Made by a program: the position numbers and the translations under genes
In this document: positions 51,571 to 63,024 of the stretch, in pieces
How the letters are laid out: each line of letters begins with the position of its first letter
Position numbering within the stretch: position 1 is the stretch's first letter
Assembly: GCF_004010195.1 (NCBI RefSeq)
Contig: NC_057720.1
Coordinates: forward strand, 15,454,430 to 15,518,429
Reading direction: 5' to 3'
DNA: 64,000 nt
Origin: Chiloscyllium plagiosum
Lineage: Eukaryota
Notes under the pieces: generated by a model
The model's database searches: none
Told to the model about the DNA's origin: nothing
The model's input: only the letters and a program-made list of their open reading frames with translations

Positions 51571-52399
51571 AAAATCATTCAGATCTTCAACTCTGTTCCA
51601 TGATTCAATTCAGTCAAGGCTGTGTTCCTGTCTCAATTACAAGTTTTTCTTTGCTTTGCATAGTCCTGTGAGACCAAACAACTGTCTATCTCAGCCCTAT
51701 CCTGAGACTATCTCACTCTGTTTTCGAATCCTCCATCCAAGAGAAACTACCTCTCAATGTCAAGTTCTTGAAGAATTCTGCATGTTTCAATGGGAGGTCA
51801 CGTCTCATTCTTCTGGGAGTACACACCAAATTTAATCTCTTATTATTGGATTACCTACTCAGCCCAGGAACCAATCAAGTGAACAGTCACTGTGTTACCT
51901 CCAAAGCAAGCATGTTCTTCCATAAATACAGAGAGCAAAATGTACTTGGTAGAGCAGGTGTGCGTGCAGCTGTAGCTACAAAATTCCTTATTCTTGTATC
52001 GCAAACCACTTGCAATGAAAGCCAACACGCCACTTGCTTTCCTAATAACTTATTGAACTTGAATCTAATTTCTTGTGCTTCTTGTATGACACGTCTCCAG
52101 CAACATCAAAATTTATTAGAAGTTTCAAACATAAAGGTAAAAATATTCTGCCTTTCTCTTCTTACTGTCAGAGTGAAAAATTTCACAGCTTTCTGCATCA
52201 CACTCCATCTTATTTGCCACATAGCTTGGTATCATCGGCAAACTTAGATACTCTTTTCATTGGGTCTCATAGCTGAAGATATTCATGTAGGTCATGAAAA
52301 GCTGAGAAGCCAACACTCATTCTTGAGGAGTTAAGTCTGCCAAATTGAAAATAGCCTTTTATCCATACTATCTGCCCCATGTCCATTACCATTTTATCA

Positions 52400-52880
52400 T
52401 TGCATCATGGAAAGCATTCTATCTTGGTTTGGTACGGCAACTGCTCTGCCCTGGAATGTGATAAACTACAGAGAGTTTTGATCACGACCCCGACCATGAC
52501 GCAGACCAACATTCCAACCATTGACTCCATCTACACTTCTCACTGTCTCAGAAAGGCAGCCAACATCATCAAAAACCCCTTCCACCCCAGTTATAATCTC
52601 TTCCAACCTCTTCCATTGGGCAGAAGATACAAAAGCGTATACACGTGCACCAACAGATACAAGAACAGCTTTTTCCCGGTTGTTGTTAGACTTCTGAGTA
52701 GATCTCTCAAATTTTAAATTTAATGTTCATCTTGCTCTTTGTGCCCATTCTCTGTAGCCATAACATTGTATTCCTAGTCTGTTCTATTACCCTTTGTAAG
52801 GTATGATCTGCCTGTATTGTACACAGAAGAAAACTTTTCACTGTACCTAGGTACATCTGACAATAAAAAAAAATTAAAAA
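52400..52880 (+). mobile_element. Rex1/Babar-like LINE 3' fragment
   Basis: ORF 52379-52717 VWYGNCSA..LQRV..RYKNSFFP; A-rich tail. Confidence 0.85.
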
Positions 52881-52959
52881 AAAATCTCCAATAAATTAGT
52901 GACACAAAATTTTCCTTTCAAAAAGTCATGTTGACTTTGCTTGATTACACAATCTTTTC

Positions 52960-53058
52960 TTAAAAATCACACAAGACCAGGTTATAGTCCAACAGGTAGT
53001 CCAACAGAGTAGACAAAACAATTACCCGATTGCTGCTCCTTCATCAGGTGGGTGTGGA
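52960..53058 (-). mobile_element. Rearranged family A Penelope-derived end
   Basis: taaaaatcacacaagaccaggttatagtccaacagg...gctccttcatcaggtg with internal filler. Confidence 0.7.
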
Positions 53059-55582
53059 ATATTTTCTAAATGCTTTGTCAACAGTGGGGTTTGGGGAAGG
53101 GGACGGATGGGAGAAGAAGGGAAGGTGTAATGGGCAGGAGTTTTCTCTGCTCCGAGTCGGTTAAATAGCTATTGGAGGAGGGCACTAGGCAGTTGGTTCC
53201 AAAAGAAAACCAGCCTGTTGCCCAATTAGCAGGATAAACAAAGCAGTTAGACAGAAGCCAATCATCCCTCAGGATTTCTGATGCCCAAATCTCCCCTTTT
53301 AATTTCCTTGTTAACTTTCAGCATCATTTCATATGCTTTGCTTTATTTGTCTCTTAAGGTGAAAAGCCGTTTACGCCTAGCTCCCTTGTATACAATGCTT
53401 ATCCTTATTTATTTAATAATGCCTCGTGTGTGCATTATACTTTCATACTATGGGTTATCTGACACTATGCTTGTTATCCAGCTTTAACTGGTTGCCCATT
53501 AGCTTAATCCCTAGTGGACGAATATTTCCATGCATCACAATGCAATGCTCCTGTTGATGATAAATTGATGAGGATCTGCAATTTTAGATTACGTGAATGC
53601 CTCTATAATGATGGTGTTGGGTTTAGGCCAAGGGTTTTATTTGAAATGGCTAGAGGCTAAGAATTGACATCCTTTGGTTTTCAAGAGGAAAAGACTGGGC
53701 TGTGGACATTTGTGGAATAATTTGCTTGGGCACATAATCAGAAAATGAAAAATGCTGTAGGTTCGAGGATAGGTTTTACATGCACTAATTTCTTTTCTAT
53801 TTACATTCCAAACTCACTTTTTGATTTCATTCTTCAGTTGCTTGTTTACATGTATATTGTTTCCTTCAGTGAGCTTTCTAATCAAAGCTGAAATGAAGAT
53901 TGTTTCCCACGTCTGTGCTCATCTTTTTCCCAAATCCCTGTTTCAGTCTCTCCAGTTGGTTTTCCCTCCATGCAGCCTTAATCAATGAGACAAATAATGT
54001 TTCCTGTGATTGGTAGCCTGGTTTATTTTCGTTTCTTATCCTCCTTTGGCTGGTGGGTGCAGATTTTGTGTAATTTTTGAATGAAAATTGGATAAACATT
54101 TGAGGGAGAAATAATTGCAGGTCTGGAGGGAAGGTCAGGGGAGCAGGAAGAATTCAATAGCTTTTTCAAAGAGCTATCATGAGCATGATGGGTTGACTGA
54201 CCTCCTCACATGACATATCAAGTTATGATTCCATAACCTCACTTTGACACCGTTGACAACACCATCTCCTCCATTATCCAGTGAGGTGGGACTGAAATAA
54301 TAACAGGAAGTGCTGGAGCAGCCCATTGCTTTCTGTCACCCTCTTTGGTAATGGTACTTTCCTTGTCTGGTTTATCAATTCCAATCCCCCCACCAGTATT
54401 GATATTGAGTGTACTGTTTTTTTCATTTTTCTTCTGCACTATTACGCTGGGAGGTCACTCAACTCTCTCTTTTTCCTGATTTACAAACTGACCCTTGACA
54501 ACATTGCCTTTCACATAATCACTATTGGCACCCAATTGTTTCATTCATTCATGGTATGAAGGCATTGCTGACTGGACCAACATTTCTTGCCTACGCCTAA
54601 TCACCTGGGGGTAGGAAATGTTCAGAGTCAACTACATTGCATGGCAGACCAGGAAAAGATGGCAGTTTCCTTCCCTAAAGGGCTTTAGTGAACCAGGGTC
54701 TCTGGTTTAATAGTCCAGTGATAATACCATTTGCCTGAGTTGTTCCACTCCGTCATGTTTCTGGACACCTCCACTGTCTCTGTATCATCAGATTCCCAGC
54801 CTGATATCCAATCTTGGATAAGTCACAACTTCTTCCAGGCAAGAATATACATTTGTTTCCCATCAGAAACCTCAATGCTTCACCACACATTTTAACACTC
54901 TGCAAGATTACTACCTCATGCTGAACCAAACCATGTTTTACCTCCGTTGTTTACCTGCTTGCATCCTTGGCTCATGCAGTTCATTTGATGTTAACCTTTC
55001 CCAAAATGAACCTATTCCGAAGTTCTCCTACCTGATTTCCCATTGTCCTCCTTGTGTATGTTTTAGCTGATCCAAAACTGTGCTTCCTCTGTTTGATCTC
55101 AGATAAGGTCTTGACTCGCACTGCCTTGCAGTTCCAAACATTTCAAGTAGTAATATTTATCCTTGCATTTACATCTCAACATAGACTTGCCAATTGCTAT
55201 GTTTTTCACTTTTTTTGAGCTTTTCATTCCAGGTTTTTAAAATTAATTCAAGTTTCAGATTCAAACTCATGAATGCAGAACCATTTGACCCCTGAAGTTG
55301 TGGATTGCTAATCCTATGTCATCCAAAAAAAATGTGTGATAGGACTTGGAAGCCAATTAATGGAAAATGGGAAGATCCAAGTGTTTCAAATTTATTGGTA
55401 GGAACAGACTCCAACAGATCTTTCCCCCACTTTGTAATGTTTGGAACATCTGGAATAAATGCATTCTGTCACTCCCAAAACTTTATCCATCTCAATCTCC
55501 TCACTTTGCTTATTTTCCTATCGCCACAGTCAATTTTATGCGATTGGCAATGAAGTGAATTGCTGAGCTGACCTCAAAGAAA

Positions 55583-55832
55583 CTAGGCAGAAGTGGGTAC
55601 TGTAGGTGCTTGAGATTAGAGTCAAGATTAGAGTGGTGCTGGAAAAGCACAGCAGGTCAGGCAGAATCGGAGGAGCAGGAAAATCGACGTTTCAGGTGTC
55701 CTCGTCTGGGGAAAGTGGAAGGATTTGAGTAATGAGAAAAGAAAGCATGAAGGGCTTTTGACCGAAACGTCGATTTTCCTGCTCCTCGGATGCTGCCTGA
55801 CCTGCTGTGCTTTTCCAGCACCACTTTAATCT
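55583..55832. mobile_element. Palindromic Penelope-derived element, family B, with unrelated central filler
   Basis: TSD tgacctcaaagaaa at 55569-55582 and 55833-55846. Confidence 0.88.
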
Positions 55833-58078
55833 TGACCTCAAAGAAAGCCACACACAAGAATTTGGTGATGTCTATGGCATGGGTTTCACCTTGTTCAATG
55901 TTAATTGCATCTTGTTGTCATCTTTGGTGGATGTCTAGCATCTAGCAACAAAAGCATCTTTAAATTGCTGAACCATTAATCCTGTTGAAGAATTCTCACA
56001 GACAAGAAGCCAGGAAGAAGCAAGAATTTCTTTTTTCATTCACCCTTTGTTATTTTAAAGGAAACAAAATAAGGGTTGAGGTAAATACGTGAAATTAAAG
56101 TCGAACCTAAATCTTTTTTCTCAGTTTAAAAATCAATCAATGTTTTAGTCATAGGTTGGAAGCAAGTGACATTTCATCAATATAAAAATGATCTTTTCCA
56201 GACCAGAGAGATTGTTCAGTGGCAATTATGTCTTAATATGTTGTTAAAAAACAAAATATAGTTACCTCAATGAAGTATAACAGTTTCAATGATTTTCCTG
56301 TGGGATTAGTTGTGTAAAACAGTGAACGTTCACATCAAACCAATTGTTTTCTAAGATCTACCTGTAAAGATCTCAGCAGTGCACTTTATGAAGGAGCAGA
56401 GAAATCACCGAAACTAACTTGAGGATTTCTGTGTTTAAAGACACGTGTGGACTCCAGAAATTGCTGTCAGTTTTACAGAACAATGACAGCAGGCCCTGAC
56501 AGCTTCACTGATATTACAACTGGCAACGATCAGATCAATCTCTTGACTTTTAGTGTAATAAAAGGTACCCTGCTGAAATATCATAGCCAGTTTTCTTTCT
56601 CTTTTTAGAGATATTGACGAGCCAGCTCTGCATGTTCAGCCTTTCCCATTTGTTTGTAAACTTTTGCCCCCTTTTTTTCTATTGCACCATGAAATCAGGA
56701 GGTGAAATCTTGCAATAAATTCTACAAGTGGATTCACAGATGATTCTGTAAGTGGTTCGGTATATTTGAGCTTGATGTGGAACAGCCGCTGTCTTAATAT
56801 GCTGTGATATGTTTGTTCAGTATGGGCTGTACAAAGTTAGACTGGTCTCAAGCAATAAGTCAATTTAATTAGATTCATTTAAAGGCCATATTAAGGTTAA
56901 TCTATCTAAGTTTTTATTATTGATGCCCAGAAATGTGTTAGGCTGAACGTGAGCATCAGTTACAGATTGACGAAATGGAATAGAAGGGCTTCTCCATTTC
57001 TTTATTGAGTTGCTTAATATCAGCTTGTATCATAGTTCAGTTACAGAAATCTGCAAGCCAGCTGTTTTGTGGTACTCAAGCCATTTTTGGTATGTAAAAA
57101 AAACACCTCATTTTAGAATCAAATTGCAAATTTGTAAACACTCTTTTCTCTGAAACATGTGTTGTGATTTATAAGAGGGTTTCACATTCCAATAATTATT
57201 AGTGTGAAGCAAATTGGATGCTGCATTACTGTATGCTTCAATCAGAGAATCGCTGTCAATTGGAAATCAATGAACACTGGGGAGCTACTGACAGGCTCAA
57301 GACAAGCAAATGTAGTCACGGTATTCACAGAGAGCAACTGAATCAAACTACAAACCCATTAGCCCCGTGCTCCATAATTGGAAAATTCAGGGAATCAATA
57401 ATCAGAAGCAAAATGAAATGTATTAAAATAGCCTGATACATACAGTCAACACGACTTCAAATAAAATCTGTTGCCTCATAAATATTTCTATGATTGTAAT
57501 ACTTTAAATTAACAGTGGTGGTCAGACTGTGGAAGCTGTATCAGGTGGTGGACCGAAACTTTCTAATGATTTGTGATAAAATGCCAAGGTATGGACTCCA
57601 TTACAAACAATACTAATGGGTATCAAGGGATGTAGTGAGAGAAAAGCGGTTATAATGCTGAAGAAAGTTACAGAGAAGGCAAGATGGAGGAATTTCAACA
57701 TGGGGATGAGGAAAACCAAGATTTTCAAAGTTGATTTGTGAAGATTGATCTGCCTGTTAGTCCGCATTCTGTTTTGTATTAAGTGTACCTCTATCATCCC
57801 ATCAATCCAAAGTGAAAGTTTCATCTTTGCCATCAGTGTGACAGAGGGGGATGGGGGGATGGGGTGATGGGGTGAGGAGGTGTAAATATATATATGGATT
57901 TCATTGGATTCACAAAATTATAAAACAAATGTGGGCATTTGTAATAATCATGAGAAACAAACAATACATTGAAATCACCACTACTCCTGTGTTTCATCTA
58001 AATTTTGAAGGTTTAACATTTCTGTGTGAGGTAAAATGGGAATTTCTATCTGTAATCTTTGAGGTTATTGATTATGAG

Positions 58079-58283
58079 CTGAAAAATGTGTTGCTGGAAA
58101 AGCGCAGCAGGTCAGGCAGCATCCAAGGAGCAGGAGAATCGACGTTTCGGGCATAAGCCCTTCTTCAGGATTCCTGAAACATCGATTCTCCAGTTTCTTT
58201 GATGCTGTCTGTCGTGCTGCGCTTTTCCAGCAACACATTTTTTCAGCTCTGATCTCCAGCATCTGCAGTCCTCGCTTTCTCCT
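58079..58283. mobile_element. Palindromic Penelope-derived element, family B
   Basis: 17-bp TSD aggttattgattatgag at 58062-58078 and 58284-58300. Confidence 0.9.
58136..58173 (-). ncRNA. Minimal type-I hammerhead ribozyme motif (family B), intact
   Basis: GAATC-CTGAAGA-A-GGGC-ttat-GCCC-GAAA-CG-TC-GATTC on the minus strand; 5-bp stem I. Confidence 0.75.
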
Positions 58284-59342
58284 AGGTTATTGATTATGAG
58301 TTTGGGTTTCTGATTTTGGGTTAGTGGCTGGTGGGTTTTCTGTGTGTATGGGATTGGTGGATGGCTTGTGAGCATTTCTGTAGCCATGGTGATTTTTTAT
58401 GGGCAATTTTTGGCTTTGGAGGGAAATGATTTTGTTTGGTTCTAACGGACTTTTTAATGCGGTTTTGTGACATAACATTTTGGATAATGGGACTATGGAG
58501 TTTATTGGAAGGTTTTGGAGCTTTTTTTTAACTGACAGGAAATATCCATGTATGGTGGTGGTGGGGGGTTATTGGGAGAGTAAAAGGGGAGAGAGAGCTA
58601 GAGAGAGAGAGAGAGAGAAACTTTTAGTATCACATTTGATTTTGAGTGAGGCAGTCTTGTGAAACCTTACAATAGAATAGCTGTGTAGAAAAATGTATCT
58701 GACAAGGAAAGGATATATATAGTAAGCTAGGCTACCTTAAGAATAAAGAGTTGGCATTAGTCCCAGATCATAAGTGTTGGGACAAACCCCTGAAGAGATT
58801 ACTTAACATTGAGTCAATTTAAGCAGATATGATAGCTCCAGAAGGAAGCCTTTCTGGAAGGAAGCTATCAACAATTCCAGTCTAAATATTTGAAGTCATA
58901 AGGGACTTAAGTGTATCAAGGTTTTAGATGCAGGGATGCTGATGTGAGTGTTATATGTGTGGTATTTTGGACACTGTACCAGGTGTATTTTGGGTACTAT
59001 ATAAATATCAATATTTCTTTTCAATTTAAAATGGAGGGTTTTTGAATTAATGGGATTACGTACTTGCCTTGTGGTTAAAAATGATTGAAGTTTTTTGAAT
59101 TATTCTATTTTATCTTCATTCCTTTACGATAAATATCCATTTTACTGGTAAAACAAAATGTGTAGCATGGTGTGTTTTTTTGTCAGTGAAAGGCCGCTTT
59201 ATTAAAACTAAAACAAAATAAAATATGATCTATCAATCTAGGTTCTTGTTTGGGATCTGATTTGTCTGATTAAAAACATCAGCTGTGGCCATAACTTATA
59301 TTTAAAAATTGGACAGTGGAACACCAAATACATTTTTGATAA

Positions 59343-59655
59343 AGTCATAGAGGTCTACAGCATGGAAACAGGCCCTTCAGCCCAACTAGGTCCTGCCAGC
59401 CAGCTTTCACAATTAAACTAATCTCATTTGCCTGCATTTGGTCCATACCCTCTATACCTATCCTGTCCATGTACCTGTTTAAATGTTTCTTAAGTAATGA
59501 AATTGTTCTCAATTCTACTGCTATTTCTGTCAGCCGGTTCCAGATACTCACCAACCTCTGTACGACAAAATAGCCCCTCTGGAGCCTTTTGTATCTCTCC
59601 CCTCTCACCCTAAACCAGCACCCTCTGGTTTTAGACTCCCCTACCATGGGGAAAA
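59343..59655 (-). mobile_element. CR1-type LINE 3' end
   Basis: ORF 59345-59704 SKTRG..VQRLVSIWNRL. Confidence 0.85.
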
Positions 59656-59732
59656 GCGATGTGTAGACATATAGATATGCTAAAATCACAAATAATATTT
59701 TCAAGTTCTAACATTTCAAACTATACTTTGGA

Positions 59733-59901
59733 GTTAGGTCAGAAGTCACACAACACCAGGTTATAGTCCAACAGGTTTATTTGAAACCACAAGCTTTTAG
59801 AGCGCCGCCCCGAAGGAGCTTGTGATTTCAAATAAACCGGTTGGACTAAAACCTGGTGTTGTGTGATTTCTGACCTTGCCCACCTCAGTTTAGCCCACAT
59901 C
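59733..59901. mobile_element. Palindromic Penelope-derived element, family A variant
   Basis: ggtcagaagtcacacaacaccagg / cctggtgttgtgtgatttctgacc arms; near-TSD atactttgga / atattttgga. Confidence 0.82.
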
Positions 59902-60654
59902 ATATTTTGGATCTGGAACTCCCTTTAACTACTTCCTGGCAAAACCTTTGGAAAGGTTAAAACTTCTGGCAAAGTCAGTAATACCTGGATATTTTTAGTG
60001 AGCTAGATGTTTGGGGCTTGGTTTTCTGCGTCGCCGTAACCATCCTTTTAGAGCTTTGCTTCATATCACCTGGTTAAAAAAAAGATGGAATTCTTGAACT
60101 TTTCCAATGGATGATTTGAGGACCTCACCCATTATTTAAGCTGCCCTGTACATAGCTGTGAAGATTATTACTCCTTGTTGAGGCTGGAGGCATCTCTAGC
60201 TTTAATTTTGGAGAATGTCCACCTGTGTTTAAAAATAGCAGGTGCAAGGAAGATCACAGGAAACAGGAGCTATTTGACCCCTTGAGCCTATTCTGGAAGG
60301 TCATGGCTGATCTGATTGTGGCCTTAACTCCACTTTCGTGCGTAGGCCTCATAACCTTTCACCTCCTGCTCTCCTCCCCTCTTTCCCTACTCCAACAAGT
60401 AACTCAAAGAGCTGTCCAATTCAGCCTGGAATGTATTCAATGACTCAGCTAAAATGCTTTCTGGGGAAGACTTTCTCAAGCACAAACCTCTGAGACAAGA
60501 AATAAGTTGACTTCATCTCCAGCTGAAATGGGAGACCCTGGGAAACATCCCATTAGTAAGGAGTTTCCCTTTTTATTAAAAGATGGTGGAAGTGACATAT
60601 TTCACATAACTTGATTAGGTGATTTATTGATTATTTTTTTTTCTCACAGAACCA

Positions 60655-60912
60655 AAACAGTGTGGAAGCAGGCCATTTGGCCCATCGAGTCCACACTGAC
60701 CCTTAGAAGAGATCCCACCCAGACCCACCCCCTACTCTATTCCTGTAACCCTGCATTTCCCATGGCTAATACACCTAGCCTACACATCCCTGGACACTAT
60801 GGGCAATTTAGCCTGGCCAATCCACCTAACCTGCACATCTTTGGACTGTGGGAGGAATCCAGAGCACCCGAAGGAAACTCACGCAGACACTGGGAGAACG
60901 TGTAAACTCTAT
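60655..60912 (-). mobile_element. HE1-type SINE, head missing
   Basis: Core and tail present. Confidence 0.85.
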
Positions 60913-61329
60913 ACATGCAGTATATATGTATTTACTCCAGTAAGTCTTAATGTAGAGCTCACAGAATTACAACTTATTGTCCTTGTAGATTACATTCCTG
61001 AAGAATCTTGCTACGTTTCCGAATGACCAGTTCGGGAGCCAGTTGGATGTGATCTCACCACCCATTGGTGATGGAACTGTTGGAGCTGCCTGCTCTGTCT
61101 AATTGTGGCTGGAATCCTGGAGCCTGCAGCCTTTGGTTTTGCAATTGATGGATTTATCTCTTCACAGATTGTAAAAACAGAACCTAGCACACTGACTGAC
61201 CAGCCATAGCTGGTCCGTCTGTTTCACTGATTTAAAAGGGTTCAAGTATCCAATCTGAGGATCTTCATTGGCATTTAAAATGGACAATGTCAATGCGTGG
61301 GATATTGGACTTGTTATAAGCTGTTAACT

Positions 61330-61660
61330 TATTTTCTATTGATGTTTTCTTTATTCACTTCTGGGATGTGGGCGTTGCTGGACAGCCAGCATTTACTGCC
61401 CATCCCTAAGTTGCTCTTGTGAAGGTTGTAGTCAGCAGCCTTTTTAAACTGCAGTCTGTGTGCTGTAGGTTGACCCACAACATCCTGAAGAAGGGAATTC
61501 CAAGATTTTGATCCAGCAACAGTGAAGAAATGGCAAGTCAGGATGGTGAAGGGCTTGGAGAGCGATTTGCAAATGGCGGTGTTCCTATGAATCTGCTGCT
61601 CCTCTCCTTCTAGATGGAAGTTGTCATGGGTTTGGGAGGACTGGTGACAATATCCTAAAT
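61330..61660 (-). mobile_element. Old LINE 3' end (same family as 48100-50110)
   Basis: FTVAGSKSWNSL in ORF 61329-61724; another tail at ~62383-62500. Confidence 0.75.
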
Positions 61661-62179
61661 ATATCTCATGTACTCTGTGAAGCTTAGAGTAGGTGCACTG
61701 CTTGCATAGTATCAACCTTGGCATATAGCATATGTATTACTTGGAAAGTATTACTGGACAAGAGGTAATGGCTTCAGCTTTTCTGACTGCAGCCAAGCGG
61801 CATGTCAAATTAATCACATGTTTTGTCTGATTGGGCTCTAGAAACTGCCGTATTGTGGTGACCTCTTTGATTTGGTTGATATGGGTGCATGCCACAGCAC
61901 TTCAGAAATGCCTTTGACATTGTTTCTCAGTTGATGCTTCTTCATGTGCTGCTGAGGAGCAGTGCACTGTATTTGGGTCTCTCTGGATGCTAGGACTTCA
62001 TCTGCATTTTAACCCAATGTCCTCTTCTGAAACATGACTTGCAAATGCCCGAATTTGCTGCACACTGTCTTGGCGAGTGAGGAAAAACACATCTCAAACA
62101 AGATTTCGATGTTCATCGAATCTGTTAACAGACGTAGGAGAGGGAACGTGATGTCAGTCTGCTACAATTGATTTTTTCT

Positions 62180-62367
62180 AAGTTAAAAATCACACAACAT
62201 CAGGTTATAGTCCAACAGGTTTAATTGGAAGCACACTAGCTTTCGGAGCGACGCTCCTTCATCAGGTGTAAGCTAGTGAGCTTCCAATTAAACCTGTTGG
62301 ACTATAACCTGGTGTTGTGTGATTTTTAACTTTGTACACCCCAGTCCAACACTGGCATCTCCGAATC
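62180..62367. mobile_element. Palindromic Penelope-derived element, family A (young)
   Basis: TSD ttgattttttct at 62168-62179 and 62368-62379. Confidence 0.9.
62234..62268 (-). ncRNA. Minimal type-I hammerhead ribozyme motif (family A), intact
   Basis: CAC-CTGATGA-A-GGAGC-gtc-GCTCC-GAAA-GC-TA-GTG on the minus strand. Confidence 0.78.
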
Positions 62368-63024
62368 TTGATTTTTTCTGGTATTCATTTGTGGGGTATG
62401 GGTGTTGTTGGCTGACCAAAATTTACTGCCTGTTCCTAGTTGCCCTTGAGAAGGTGGTGGTGAGCTGCCTTCTTGAACCACCTGCAGTCCATGTGTCGTA
62501 CGTTGACCCTGAAGGAGGTAATTTGACATCTGCTTTGCATGTACGTCCTTCATCTAGTCGAGCTTTAGTAGTATATTTTGTAGGTTTGTCCCAAAGTGCC
62601 CTTTGACAGGCAAGGTGCAATATCTAGTTCGATAAGCCTTTCAGCTCAGTAAGGTGAAATCACAACCTGTTCCTTTGCAATGACATCTGCCTGTGAACTG
62701 GACGATCATTTCACCTGGATGTCTGTGGTATGGCATATGGTTGAAGCCTGCGTGTGTGGAAATGAACTCAAACTTTAAACTGATCTTTCAAAATCTGAAT
62801 TTTTTGTCACCCTCAGAAGCACTGGAGGATTTTATCTTTTTTAACTCTTCAGTGCCCAAAATGAAAAGAATATTGACAGCCTGACATTTGTTCTTTCTCA
62901 GCTGATAGTTTCTTTATTTTAATAACTGAAGTTCTGACAGAATGTCAAATAGGTGCGAATCCATGGTCAGATGTTTGCTTTCCAATTTGCTTATGTGTGT
63001 TTATGTACTTTAAAATGTAAGGGG

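Noticed and set aside
53140..53270. CCAAT motifs as a promoter
   Set aside because: No CpG island, first exon or other support.
58050..59296. Possible second solo LTR (also ~17885-18430)
   Set aside because: LTR-like composition but no clean TG..CA ends with a matching TSD.
1027..62367. Palindromic repeats as DNA-transposon MITEs, miRNA hairpins or CRISPR repeats
   Set aside because: Arms are asymmetric, TSDs vary from 10 to 17 bp, long copies extend into GIY-YIG coding sequence, and there is no spacer array.
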